64,000 nt of DNA from Dendronalium phyllosphericum CENA369 (lineage in GTDB: Bacteria > Cyanobacteriota > Cyanobacteriia > Cyanobacteriales > Nostocaceae): contig NZ_JAECZA010000008.1 of assembly GCF_016056275.1 (NCBI RefSeq), positions 1 through 64,000 of the forward strand, written 5' to 3'. Each line of letters starts with the position of its first letter. Positions within the stretch are counted from its first letter, which is position 1. Shown here in pieces: positions 9,911 through 20,207 of the stretch. The position numbers were made by a program, and so were the translations under genes. The notes under the pieces are model-generated. The model had not been told where the DNA came from. It did not search any database and saw only the letters and a list, made by a program, of their open reading frames with translations.

Positions 9911-11662
9911 TTAGCTTCCTTGCTGTTCTACAAGTTGCCACAGTTTAATGGTCTTGTCCCTGCTGCCACTAGCAATCAGTTGTGCAACTTGGCTCACTGC
10001 AACGGCAGATACTGAGTCTCCATGACCGCAGAGGGTAGCAATTTCTTCTTTTGTGCTTACTCTCCAAAGTTTAACTGTCTTATCCCAACTTGCACTTATT
10101 AACGTTTCGCCATCCACAGTGAAAGCTATTGCTACCACTGACCAGGAATGACCAAACATTGTGCTAATCAACCGACCAGTGTTGACCTCCCACAATTTAA
10201 TAGTGTTATCATCGCTGCCTGTTGCCAAAACTTTGCCATCTGGACTAAAAGCGATTGTTAAAACCGCCCGTGTATGACCCGAAAGGATGCCTGATAAGGT
10301 ATAGCATGGGCGGTTTGGCAATTCTCCCTGGGCTGTTTCAATAGCAGCTAACTGCCACAAGCGAATTGTTCGATCGAAACTAGCACTAGCTAAAAGCTGT
10401 CCTTGGGGACTAAAAGCCACGGAACTTATTTGTAATTGATGTCCTGTCAGAGTGCAAATTTCTGCACCAGTATTTACATTCCAGAGTTTGATATTCTTAT
10501 CCCAACTGCCACTAGCGAGAATCTGCCCGTCAGGACTAAAAGCAATTGATTTTACCGTATGTGAATGTCCGCGTAAGGTAAATATTTCTTTAAATGTCTT
10601 AAGTTCCCATAATTTAATAGTTTTATCATCGCTAGCAGTTGCCAGAATTTCTCCATTTGGATTAAAAGCAACTGATGTTATTGCTTGGGAATGTCCCGAC
10701 AAGTTAGCAAAAAGTTTTCTCCTATTTAAATCCCATAATCTAATAATTTTGTCATCACTCCCACTAGCTAAAATATTACTGTCGGGACTTATTGACAAAG
10801 TATTAACGCTACTCAAACACTGAGAATAAGTATGCAAGCACTGCCACGGCAATTTTGGAATTTTACATTTTAAATTTTTAACTTTTAATTCTATACCCAT
10901 CGCCTCCATGACTGCATCGGCTGATTGAAAGCGATCGCTAACAGTATTTTGTAGCAATTTGTCAAGTATTTGTGTTAGGCGATCGCTGACTCTATTAGTA
11001 AGATATTGTTGCCAAACCCAGCAATTATTAGCAATATCAAATAAATCAAAAGGAGAAATCTGGGTTAATAGATAAATACAAGTTACACCCAAACTATAAA
11101 GGTCGCTAGCGAAAACTGCCTTTCCCTTTGTTTGCTCTGGTGCAGCATATTCTGGACTGCCAATGCTGTTTTCACTTATTAGTTGGTCTAATTCGGTCAC
11201 GATTTTTGCAGTGCCAAAATCAACTAAGATAAAATTCTCTTGTTTTGGCGAACGAATGATATTCTGGGGTTTAATATCGCGGTGGATGGCATTGCGATCG
11301 CTAATATATTTAATAACTGGTAATACATCTTCTAAAAGTTGCCAAATCTGAGTTTCATTGAAAGCACCTTCTTCCTCAATTACTTGAGCTAAATTGTTGC
11401 CTTCGATAAATTCTTGTACTAAATAAAAATACTGATTTTGTGGAAAAGAAGCTACTAAGTTAGGAATTTGGGGATGTTTTCCTAATTCCTTGAGAAGCTG
11501 TGCTTTTTGCCCCAAGAATTCCAGCTTTTGATTTGCCAAAGAGAATTCTTGAATTACACAAGGAATTGGGGGAAACTGACCCTCATCTACAGCGAGGAAG
11601 GTTGTGCAGAATCCCCCTTTACCAATTAGTTTGATTAAACGATAACGTTCTTGTAACAGCAT
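9911..11662 (-). CDS. Ser/Thr protein kinase with C-terminal WD40 beta-propeller
   Basis: Kinase motifs GKGGFCTTFLA, HRDIKPQNII, DFG, APE. Then at least 7 WD40 repeats (GHS..V.SVAFSPDG...SGS.DKTIKLW). Confidence 0.9.
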   Translation of the reverse strand: MLLQERYRLIKLIGKGGFCTTFLAVDEGQFPPIPCVIQEFSLANQKLEFLGQKAQLLKELGKHPQIPNLVASFPQNQYFYLVQEFIEGNNLAQVIEEEGAFNETQIWQLLEDVLPVIKYISDRNAIHRDIKPQNIIRSPKQENFILVDFGTAKIVTELDQLISENSIGSPEYAAPEQTKGKAVFASDLYSLGVTCIYLLTQISPFDLFDIANNCWVWQQYLTNRVSDRLTQILDKLLQNTVSDRFQSADAVMEAMGIELKVKNLKCKIPKLPWQCLHTYSQCLSSVNTLSISPDSNILASGSDDKIIRLWDLNRRKLFANLSGHSQAITSVAFNPNGEILATASDDKTIKLWELKTFKEIFTLRGHSHTVKSIAFSPDGQILASGSWDKNIKLWNVNTGAEICTLTGHQLQISSVAFSPQGQLLASASFDRTIRLWQLAAIETAQGELPNRPCYTLSGILSGHTRAVLTIAFSPDGKVLATGSDDNTIKLWEVNTGRLISTMFGHSWSVVAIAFTVDGETLISASWDKTVKLWRVSTKEEIATLCGHGDSVSAVAVSQVAQLIASGSRDKTIKLWQLVEQQGS

Positions 11663-11711
11663 TTCCCTACCGATGCCTAATTTTTTGGTAGAGACGCGCT
11701 ACGACGGCTCT

Positions 11712-13844
11712 CTACTTGTCTGTTGGAAATTCCACAACTAACGGAGTAGAACCATTTGACGACGCTGGTGGTGCTTTGGGAACCACTGGTTGTGGATACA
11801 AAGGCGTTGGTGTAGTTTCGCCTGGCTTAACTGTTTGATTCCATAAGATCATCGATAGTAGACCATCTACTAAGCCATTGGTGCTACCATTGCTGCCACC
11901 GACGAGAACATCAGGGATAAGGCGGACATTGCGATCGCCTATAATCTGCATAATTTGCATTGCTGTATAACCAGATGAACCCAAAGCTTCCACACCAGCA
12001 CGGTAGGTTTCAGCTTTGGCATTACCTGTAGCCCGAATCCCTTCAGCTTCACCAATTGCTCGCAGTTTTATACCTTCTGCTTCACCATTTGCCTGCTTGA
12101 TTTGCGCTTGCGCTTTCAAGTCAGCAATGTGTACGCTTTGCTCTGATTTCACCATTTCTTGTTGAATCTCAGCCAACGCTGTCTCTCGCACAAGTTGTTG
12201 CCGTTGCGTTTGCGCCATCTGCTGGACTTCATAAGTCTTGCGTTGCTCTTCGGCGATTTTGCGGTCTGTCTGTGTCTGCATTAACGATGCAGGTGGCTGA
12301 ATATCGCCAATCAGGGTATCAATTGCTTGCACATCATAAGCCCGCAGTGCGGTTTTAATATACTCAGATGCTTCTGTTTGCCGCTCGCTGCGAGCATTCA
12401 AAAAGTCTAACACTGTGTAATCTTGAGCTGAGTTGCGGAAGTAATTACCGATGCTTGGCTCCAGCACGTTATCCACTAAATTTTGCATTGCGCCAACACG
12501 GGAAATCACCTTCGGAGCATCCAAAGCGCCAACATGGATGATTTGCGACACTTCCAAATCGAAGGCAAACCCATCTTTAGAACGCACGGTCAAAGCTTCT
12601 AAATTAGCGTCATATTTGTGCCGTTCAGTACGACCCGACCAGTTCAACACTATATTTATAGTCGGCACTAATTCCACTTTCATGATGCGCGTGTTCAGTG
12701 GGTGTTTGCCAGGATACAGAGGTTCAACCCACACGCCTTTATGTCCGGGATTCACTAAGTTACCGTGAGTGAAAGCAGCACCGCTGACATCTTCTTGAGC
12801 TTTACCCACAAAGGAAATCACCACGCCTACATAGCCAATGGGAATTTCTGTCATTGGGACTTGTTCGACACTGACGAACCAAGGATTTAGGTTCCAAGAA
12901 CCAGATAGTAGAATTTGCTCTTGTAAGCCGCGTCGCCCGCGTCCATCCAGAAATTTCTGACCATTCTGGAAGTTATCGTGTCCTTGAATTACAGGGCCAG
13001 CGATTTCACCACCAGAAATTGGCACGCCATCCAAGGTAGTAACAATGCCAACTTTGTCCGATGCAACGCTATACACCCGCAATTGTTCGGGACTCATGCC
13101 ATGAGCAGTCGCATTGGCTGCAACAATTACTTTAAATAAGGCAGTGTTGATGCGATAAGTACCAGCTGTGAGAAAACCCATCTGCCGACCTTTTTCACCA
13201 CCTTGGGTGAGAAATTTTCGAGCATCTTGGAAATTGTCACAATCAATGATTTTACCCAAGATCCGCTCTGGTGGATTGGATGCACCGTCTGCTGCGACAA
13301 TTAGGGCGATTTCACCTTGGGGGACAACCACTACCAACTCTTTACGAACCGAGTACTGCCAAGGCCAGTAACCCCAGTGCCAACCAGGAGCCAGAGTGTC
13401 AGCCTGCAAGCCAGCTTCGCCGTTCAGGGCAATGAGTCGGTCGGCTGGAAGTCCGCGCCCAGAAAGAGTAAATTTTCTGACCACAATGCCAACTTCACGT
13501 TCGCCGATAACTACCAACCCACCAAAGAACAGGGGGACAAAGATGACTAAACCGCCAACTAAAACAACGGGAACGAGTCCCCAAGGTGACAGTTGCATCG
13601 CTTGATATGGAATTTTGCTGGTTGCTAACTGAGTGGTGCTTGGTTGTGTCTGACTTAGTTGAACTGATACTGAGTTAATTTCTTTGGCAATAGGTGTTTT
13701 TTGAGTAGTAGCATTGGCGGAATTAACAGTGCCCGCTAGCGCCAATGTTGCTATTAAAGATGTTGCCAAATGAGTTAATTTATTTTGTTTGCGCTTACCA
13801 AGGAAAGATGAAAAGTTTTTCATAATTTGTGCCCTTCTGGGCAA
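11712..13844 (-). CDS. Flotillin-like SPFH/band-7 domain membrane protein
   Basis: N-terminal signal/TM, then an SPFH core (VGIVVRKF...). The C-terminal coiled-coil with AEA/EAEG repeats (GEAEGIKLRAIGEAEGIRATGNAKAE) is typical of flotillins. The start may be the internal Met at 13823 (MKNFSSF). Confidence 0.8.
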   Translation of the reverse strand: MPRRAQIMKNFSSFLGKRKQNKLTHLATSLIATLALAGTVNSANATTQKTPIAKEINSVSVQLSQTQPSTTQLATSKIPYQAMQLSPWGLVPVVLVGGLVIFVPLFFGGLVVIGEREVGIVVRKFTLSGRGLPADRLIALNGEAGLQADTLAPGWHWGYWPWQYSVRKELVVVVPQGEIALIVAADGASNPPERILGKIIDCDNFQDARKFLTQGGEKGRQMGFLTAGTYRINTALFKVIVAANATAHGMSPEQLRVYSVASDKVGIVTTLDGVPISGGEIAGPVIQGHDNFQNGQKFLDGRGRRGLQEQILLSGSWNLNPWFVSVEQVPMTEIPIGYVGVVISFVGKAQEDVSGAAFTHGNLVNPGHKGVWVEPLYPGKHPLNTRIMKVELVPTINIVLNWSGRTERHKYDANLEALTVRSKDGFAFDLEVSQIIHVGALDAPKVISRVGAMQNLVDNVLEPSIGNYFRNSAQDYTVLDFLNARSERQTEASEYIKTALRAYDVQAIDTLIGDIQPPASLMQTQTDRKIAEEQRKTYEVQQMAQTQRQQLVRETALAEIQQEMVKSEQSVHIADLKAQAQIKQANGEAEGIKLRAIGEAEGIRATGNAKAETYRAGVEALGSSGYTAMQIMQIIGDRNVRLIPDVLVGGSNGSTNGLVDGLLSMILWNQTVKPGETTPTPLYPQPVVPKAPPASSNGSTPLVVEFPTDK

Positions 13845-13949
13845 CTAATTACCTAAGTTAACACTTCACTTTGGCTGGGCGAGATTTCTTAAACTTAGTG
13901 TAATTTTGTTCGCAAAATTATATGTTGAGTCAGGAGTTAGGAATCAAAG

Positions 13950-14230
13950 ACCTTTGGGCGGGGTAAAGGTTAAAGGACTACGCAAAATTATGAAAAAACG
14001 AACCGCAAAGGGCGCAAAGGGCACGAAGTTATAAGAGTTTCAGAGAGTTATTGCGTAAGTCCTAGGTTAAACAGAAGGGGGAAGAACTTTGTTTAATTCC
14101 TTGTCTAACGACAAGCCCTTCGGGTGATGCTCCTTCTCCCAAAGAAAGACGCTACGCGAACGTTGTCAAGGTTACGCTAACGGCAATTAGCAACCGATGC
14201 AAACCGTGCTTGTCTGCAACTACCTCACCG
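13950..14230. repeat. Non-coding block carrying dispersed-repeat motifs shared with other loci in the window
   Basis: gacgctacgcgaacg (14150-14164) recurs at 53651-53665. gaagggggaagaactttgtttaattcctt (14083-14111) parallels 9421-9447. Confidence 0.45.
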
Positions 14231-14358
14231 CTTGGGGTACATGTATTCTCTATAAATGTAAAGACATATTAACTTTTTAAAAGTTGATACAAGTGTGGAA
14301 TAATACGTAGGCAGTCAATTGAATTTCACCAGCTTAGATTTGTAATAGGTGTAAAACT

Positions 14359-14571
14359 ATGATTGCTCAAAATTACGATGCAACTGATGTTGAAAACAAC
14401 TTGCTTCGACAAATTAAAGTTAAAGAAAATCAACTAAAAATAGCACAAGAATCTAATATGTTTTATGTGGCTGAAGCATTACAGAGCCAATTGTCAAAGT
14501 TAAAATATCAATTATTCGAGATGCAAGACCCTGAATTTCAAGCATTGATGAGTTTAGTAGACGAAATCTGA
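14359..14571 (+). CDS. Hypothetical small coiled-coil protein (doubtful)
   Basis: 70-aa ORF with no recognisable motif. It lies in a repeat-rich intergenic region. Confidence 0.25.
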   Translation: MIAQNYDATDVENNLLRQIKVKENQLKIAQESNMFYVAEALQSQLSKLKYQLFEMQDPEFQALMSLVDEI

Positions 14572-14738
14572 TTTTAGGGAACTCCACGGCAAGTGTTCCA
14601 CTTGGGAAGCGACTCCGTTGTAGGCGGAACGCCTTCCCGTAGGGTAGGAAGTAAGTTTGGAAACTTGATATCTGGCTGTCCTCGTCTTTGTGGTAAATAA
14701 AATTTATTTTCAACCACAAAGTCACAAAGACAGGCAAT

Positions 14739-15452
14739 TCAATGTACTATACCAGCCCGCAAAGCACGGACAGCAGCTTGGGTGCGGTCGGCAACACAGA
14801 GTTTACCGAGAATACCTCGAACATGGGTTTTGACAGTGCCGACAGTTAAGTAAAGTTTGTTGGCAATTTCTGCATTGTCACATCCGGCAACAATCAACTC
14901 TAAAACTTCTGTTTCGCGTTGAGTCAAGGCACAGGTTTCTATGGTTTTCTCAAGTTCTGGGTCAAGCCCTTCAATCATCACCCTTTTTGTACTTACCCTC
15001 GAACTAACATTTTCTTGGCGGACTTGCCGGAGTACAATATCTGCGATCGCTGGGTCTATCCAAGGACTACCTGTATAAGTAGTTTTGACTGCATCCACTA
15101 ATTTTTCACTTTCAATATCCTTCATGCAATAAGAATCTGCTCCCGCCCCAAAAGCAGCTAACACAGCTTCCTCGCTATTCTGCATGGTTAAAATTAGCAA
15201 TTTGGTTGTATATTCAGGATTCTCTTGCTGGCATTGCCTGTACTGGCGTGTTAGTTCGATGCCATCCATGTCAGGCAAGCCAATGTCGATAGTGGCAACA
15301 TCCGGCTTCAGCGCCTTTAGAAGCTGCAACCCATCCGTTGCATTAGCGGCTTCGCCAACAATTTTGATTTCTGCTTCGGTTTGTAAAGCAGCCCTTAAGC
15401 CTATTCTAGTAAGGTTGTGGTCTTCAATCACAACGACCCTTATCTCACTCAT
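14739..15452 (-). CDS. NarL/FixJ-family response regulator (REC + LuxR-type HTH)
   Basis: REC motifs VVVIEDH...DVATIDIGLPDMDG...K. C-terminal LuxR HTH LTQRETEVLELIVAGCDNAEIANKLYLTVGTVKTHVRGILGKL. Confidence 0.9.
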   Translation of the reverse strand: MSEIRVVVIEDHNLTRIGLRAALQTEAEIKIVGEAANATDGLQLLKALKPDVATIDIGLPDMDGIELTRQYRQCQQENPEYTTKLLILTMQNSEEAVLAAFGAGADSYCMKDIESEKLVDAVKTTYTGSPWIDPAIADIVLRQVRQENVSSRVSTKRVMIEGLDPELEKTIETCALTQRETEVLELIVAGCDNAEIANKLYLTVGTVKTHVRGILGKLCVADRTQAAVRALRAGIVH

Positions 15453-15755
15453 GGCCGGTTACCTCTACCCGAATCTCTCTAAAGTACACAATAAAATACT
15501 TTACCCCTCTATTTGGAAGTTTATACCAAGAGGTAGATATTTAGTATTTTTTTAGCAGACTACATCTATCATAAGTGATAAAAAAACTCTACTGTAATGG
15601 GATAACGATTGAGAACGATAAACTCTAACGTTTAGTACATTTGTATGGACTCGCAAGATAGACTTTATTTTTTAAAGACTTAAATCTTAGGGGTTAGGCT
15701 GGAGATGGATGAAACGGTAATTAAATAAAATATTTTCCTTGCGATCGAATTAACT

Positions 15756-16886
15756 ATGGTTTCAACTAAATTTGCTAAAAAAGACAGAATTTTGGTTGTT
15801 GATGACGTTTATGACAATTTGCTACTACTAGCGGCTATTTTACAAGAAGAAGATTACGAAATTAACTTGGTCGAAGATAGTAAAACTGCTTTAAGTCTAG
15901 TTGACGAGTTTCGACCGGATTTAATACTTCTAGATGTGATGATGCCAGAATTAGATGGGTATGAATTTACTCACCGCGTCCGGCAAAATAAGGCACTTCC
16001 ATACATTCCGATTCTGCTAATTACCGCTCACGTTCAGTCTAGTGTTGTAGAAGGACTGGATGCAGGAGCTGATGACTTTATTCGTAAACCATTCGATCCA
16101 GATGAGTTACAAGCACGAGTGCGATCGCTTTTGCGCCTCAAACATAGTATAGACGAACGCGACCACATGGCGAGTCTGCGGGAAGATTTTGTTTCGCGGT
16201 TCACTCATGATTTGCGAACCCCTCTTGTAGCAGCAAATCGGGTATTAAAGTTGATGGGAGAAGGAATGTTTTGTGCAGTTACACCAGAATTAATCGAAAT
16301 AATTCATACTATGATTGGCAGCAATACGGATTTGCTGACAATGGTGAATACATTGTTAGAAGTTTATAGACATGAAGCTGGTTGTAAATACTTAAACATT
16401 TCTCCATGTAATATTCAAGAATTAGTTAATGAGGTTATTCAACAATTAAAACCGCTGGCGGAAGAAAAAGGACTAATTTTAAAATTTGGGATGGCAGAGC
16501 AGATAAATTACAAGCAAGAAATAAACAGTACTATAATGGGCGATCGCGTAGAATTGCGACGAGTGTTTACAAACATCATCGGCAATGCAATTAAATTTAC
16601 AGAAAAAGGTTATATTGATGTTCGCTTAAATTTAGCTGACAATGATGTACTCATTGAAATTGAAGATACAGGTTCTGGAATTTCTCAACAAGACCAAGTA
16701 TTATTATTTGAACGTTTTCGTCCTGGTAAACATCAGGGTTCTGGAAGTGGCTTAGGGCTATATTTATCTCGATATATAATTGAGGCACATCAGGGTTCAA
16801 TTAAAGTCAAATCTGAACTAGGTTATGGCAGTACATTTACGATCGCTTTGCCGATAAATACTGCTAGTTTAACAACAAAATCTTAA
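15756..16886 (+). CDS. Hybrid sensor: N-terminal receiver domain fused to histidine kinase (HisKA + HATPase_c)
   Basis: REC: ILVVDDVYDNL...LLDVMMPELDGYEF...K. H-box FTHDLRTPL. N/G boxes NAIKFT, EDTGSGI, GSGLGL. Confidence 0.9.
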   Translation: MVSTKFAKKDRILVVDDVYDNLLLLAAILQEEDYEINLVEDSKTALSLVDEFRPDLILLDVMMPELDGYEFTHRVRQNKALPYIPILLITAHVQSSVVEGLDAGADDFIRKPFDPDELQARVRSLLRLKHSIDERDHMASLREDFVSRFTHDLRTPLVAANRVLKLMGEGMFCAVTPELIEIIHTMIGSNTDLLTMVNTLLEVYRHEAGCKYLNISPCNIQELVNEVIQQLKPLAEEKGLILKFGMAEQINYKQEINSTIMGDRVELRRVFTNIIGNAIKFTEKGYIDVRLNLADNDVLIEIEDTGSGISQQDQVLLFERFRPGKHQGSGSGLGLYLSRYIIEAHQGSIKVKSELGYGSTFTIALPINTASLTTKS

Positions 16887-17199
16887 GAATATTTAGTTTA
16901 ATGAATGGTAAAATTAAATAAAACAGCATTCGGAGATTTTGACTACGAATACTAGACAGAGTCTGTAGACAGACCTGAATTTTTGCAACTACGAACCTTG
17001 TTTAGAGTAATTCTCTGGTTCATCAGCTATAAATTAAATAGAGAAAAGCCACTGCGTTACTATCTTTTGCAGAGTTGTAAGAGTGGCATTTATAAGGAAG
17101 TGGTTTCGCTGAGTTTATTAGAAAATCCTGGTAAAAGGAATTTATTTAGGAAAAATTAGAGATAAACTCATCAACTTTTTTCTAAATATTTAAACCTGA

Positions 17200-17382
17200 T
17201 TAATCCAGAGTCTTCTTAACTTCATCTTTAATATTTTCGGCAGTGTGACGAACTTGAGATTCTGCTTGCTTGGCTTGACCTTCAGCCTTGTCATTTGGAT
17301 TGCCAGTAATATCGCCAACTACTTCTTGAATTTTACCTTCAACATTTTTAGCTACAGCTTTTGCTCTATCTTCAAGACTCAT
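17200..17382 (-). CDS. CsbD-family general stress protein
   Basis: 60 aa. VEGKIQEVVGDITGNPNDKAEGQAKQAESQV is the canonical CsbD repeat. Confidence 0.8.
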   Translation of the reverse strand: MSLEDRAKAVAKNVEGKIQEVVGDITGNPNDKAEGQAKQAESQVRHTAENIKDEVKKTLD

Positions 17383-17922
17383 ATTTTCTCCTGTTTACTT
17401 TCGATGTATTTACTAAAGGCTTTTTGAGCCATCTAACATTTATAGATTATTCGTTTATTTTTTATTTGCATTCTATCTGGAGAACATAATTTATCAATTT
17501 TTGTTATCCATGATATGTAGTTTATTCAAATCTAAACTTATCTTTTAGATTCAAATACCAATCTCTAGATAGAGATAAATACTTCTCTGGCTATACCAAA
17601 AGATAAACTGCTTTATGACTATGGATAGACATCACCAAGAGTAGAAAGCTGATAATTTATATAGCTGAGGTCAGTAAGCACCATATCAGTCATAGCCATA
17701 ATATTTAAACAGATGCACATAGAAAATGACAGCATCTAGTAGTCTGAATACATATATTAAAAAGCAAAGACTCTGCTTTGGGGTGTGCCCCACTACATAG
17801 ACTCTTGCAACTAAGAGAATATATTCATTTGAAATAGGCAATAGTCGAGTTGTCTAGTTTTTGCTTTATACAGAACTTGATAGGAAATCAGTCTGTAAAA
17901 AAGCATATTTAAAACAGTAACA

Positions 17923-17964
17923 CTCACCTAGAGATTCAATACTAGTATTGAATCTCTAGGTGAG
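17923..17964. promoter_or_regulatory. Perfect 42-bp palindrome (21+21, no spacer) in the divergent intergenic region between csbD-like and ymgE-like genes
   Basis: ctcacctagagattcaatact|agtattgaatctctaggtgag. I verified base by base that the right half is the exact reverse complement of the left. Confidence 0.7.
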
Positions 17965-18080
17965 GCTTTGAACGCTATCTATAATCTAAAGATTTTTAAT
18001 ATTAGTTCGTCGGATAGATTATAAATATCAGAATCAAATTTTAATATGTACTTATCAAGAACAGAAAACTACACAAAGGA

Positions 18081-18368
18081 GTGATTGATATGGGTAACAT
18101 AATTGCTTGGGTAGTTTTAGGTCTAATTGCAGGCGCATTAGCTAAAGCATTTTATCCCGGACATCAAGGAGGCGGCATTATAGCCACTATTGTTCTAGGA
18201 ATTTTGGGAGCTTTAGTAGGTGGTTATCTCGGTCAGGTTTTGTTAGGTAGTGGGGCAGCGGCAGCAGCATCAGTAGGCGCTTTATCTATTGGAAGTATTA
18301 TCTTTTCCGTTCTTGGTGCTATGTTGTTGATTTTTCTTTGGGGTTTATTTACTAGACGGGCTGTGTAA
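18081..18368 (+). CDS. GlsB/YeaQ/YmgE-family transglycosylase-associated small membrane protein
   Basis: GxxxG-rich TM segments AWVVLGLIAGALAKAF...IIATIVLGILGALVGGYLG. 95 aa. RBS aaggag upstream. Confidence 0.8.
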   Translation: MIDMGNIIAWVVLGLIAGALAKAFYPGHQGGGIIATIVLGILGALVGGYLGQVLLGSGAAAAASVGALSIGSIIFSVLGAMLLIFLWGLFTRRAV

Positions 18369-18416
18369 TAACCTCAAATTAATTAACAATAGTATATAAA
18401 GAAAAACTACAGAGAA

Positions 18417-19301
18417 ATGGAAAAAGGAGTACAGCAAAGATCGGTAGGAGTTTTTGCTAGAAGTTCGGATGTAGAATTAGCGCTTTCTGAGCTAAAAGTA
18501 GCTGACTTTCCGATGGATAAAGTATCTGTAGTTGCACGCAACAAGGTTGACGAAGAAGCATTAGCTGGAGCAATTACTGGCTTTACTTTAGGTAGTTTAG
18601 ATAGCCTGTTGGTTGGTTTAGGTTTTTTATCGGTTCCTGGTGTTGGCCCGATAATGTTTGCGGGTGCGGAAGCAACAGCAATTGCAACATCTCTAGCTGG
18701 CGGCGCTGTTGGTGCAGCCGCAGGCAGTCTAGCTGGTGCATTGATAGGTCTAGGTATTCCTGAAGATGAGGCGAAAGTCTACAGCGATTTAGTCTCTAAA
18801 AGTTTCTACTATTTAGTGATAGTAAGTGGAGCTCAAGAGATTCGTATTGCAGAAAGAATACTTAGACAGTTTGGTATTCAACGATGGGGAGTTTATAAAG
18901 TATCCACATCCTTAGCATACCGCTATAAAAATGCAGCTGGTATTTTCGCTCGACGGCAACATACCGAACAAGCACTTACTGAATTAAAAGAAGCTGGTTA
19001 TCCTATAAGTCAAGTTTCTTTATTTATTAAAGAAACACTTATTAATGACAATCTTAGTAATCTGAATGTCATTAGTAATGATGACTTAACTAACTTAGGA
19101 ATGCCCGAACATATTGCAAGACATTATAAGTGTCGTCTGACTCCTGGCAGTTATTTGGTAGTCCTTAGTGGAACCGATCTTCAAATTGCTGCGGCAAAAA
19201 CTATTTTAGAAGCTAACAGGGTTGAAGATTTTCATATCTATGTTCCGTTGGTTGTTAATACGGCTATTAATAAGTTTCAAGTAAGTAGCAGAAATGCTTA
19301 A
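18417..19301 (+). CDS. General stress protein with tandem YflT/17M-like domains
   Basis: Two copies of the pattern G[IM]PE..A..Y......YLV...G (GIPEDEAKVYSDLVSKSFYYLVIVSG and GMPEHIARHYKCRLTPGSYLVVLSG), plus a Gly/Ala-rich segment. Confidence 0.55.
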   Translation: MEKGVQQRSVGVFARSSDVELALSELKVADFPMDKVSVVARNKVDEEALAGAITGFTLGSLDSLLVGLGFLSVPGVGPIMFAGAEATAIATSLAGGAVGAAAGSLAGALIGLGIPEDEAKVYSDLVSKSFYYLVIVSGAQEIRIAERILRQFGIQRWGVYKVSTSLAYRYKNAAGIFARRQHTEQALTELKEAGYPISQVSLFIKETLINDNLSNLNVISNDDLTNLGMPEHIARHYKCRLTPGSYLVVLSGTDLQIAAAKTILEANRVEDFHIYVPLVVNTAINKFQVSSRNA

Positions 19302-19543
19302 AGAACTATTTGTAAGTCCGAAATTTAACATCGCGGAAGCAGTGCTTACAAAGAGTAAACTAAGTTGATTAAAAGAGAAATAAAGTCGCTAGTTGCTCGG
19401 CACAAAGCATGTCTCCTTCTCGTTGAATAAAACTAAGCACGCTATTGTTGGAGTTATGGAGCAAACAGAAGCTTTGTAATAGCAATATTATTTGCTTACT
19501 TACCATCAATTATTAAGTAATCTTAAATGCAGGAAGGTAAATT

Positions 19544-20014
19544 ATGAAAAAAATAGCTACTTTTTTAGCTAGTGGCATTTTGTTGTTTAGTGTAGCCGCT
19601 TGTAATGATGCTAAAACTTCTAGTGTAGCTCCAAATTCTACCCAAGATGAAGTGAAAACGCCGAGTGCTGAAGAGGCTAAAGATGCTAAACAAGATGCAA
19701 CCAGCGAAACTCGTCGAAAACAACTCAATGAAGATATTCGCGCGAGAGAACAACGCAACAATACTTTTAATGCAGGCGCAGCAGAAAAAAGATCCGATAA
19801 AGATGTTGCCAGTGAGGTTCGTAGTAAATTAGAAGCAAACATACCTGCTAGTGCGCTGGTTGTCGAAACAAAAAATGGTGTAGTAACAGTATCAGGAACT
19901 GTTCCTACTCAGCAGCAATACGATAAAATTGCTAACCTAACGAAAGAAATTAAAGGTGTTCAAGGTGTGGAGATTAAAGCTACGGTAGCTGCGGCTAAAA
20001 CTGAAAAAAAATAA
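19544..20014 (+). CDS. BON-domain lipoprotein (OsmY-like)
   Basis: Lipoprotein signal with lipobox FSVAAC. C-terminal BON domain VVETKNGVVTVSGTVPTQQQYDKIANLTKEIKGVQGV. Confidence 0.7.
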   Translation: MKKIATFLASGILLFSVAACNDAKTSSVAPNSTQDEVKTPSAEEAKDAKQDATSETRRKQLNEDIRAREQRNNTFNAGAAEKRSDKDVASEVRSKLEANIPASALVVETKNGVVTVSGTVPTQQQYDKIANLTKEIKGVQGVEIKATVAAAKTEKK

Positions 20015-20207
20015 CTAGAGAATTATACTTTTGTTGATTTGAGCGTCAGACTACAAATTAGGAATCGGGTATTGGAGGATAGAAAAGATAAAGAATTTTC
20101 TATCCTTTTTCTTTGAGTTTGTTTCGTGCCCAAAAAAGGAACTGGAGACTGTAGGATCGGGTTGCATTATTGAAAAAAGTGTAGATAGGGCGAATTTCTA
20201 CTTTTTT

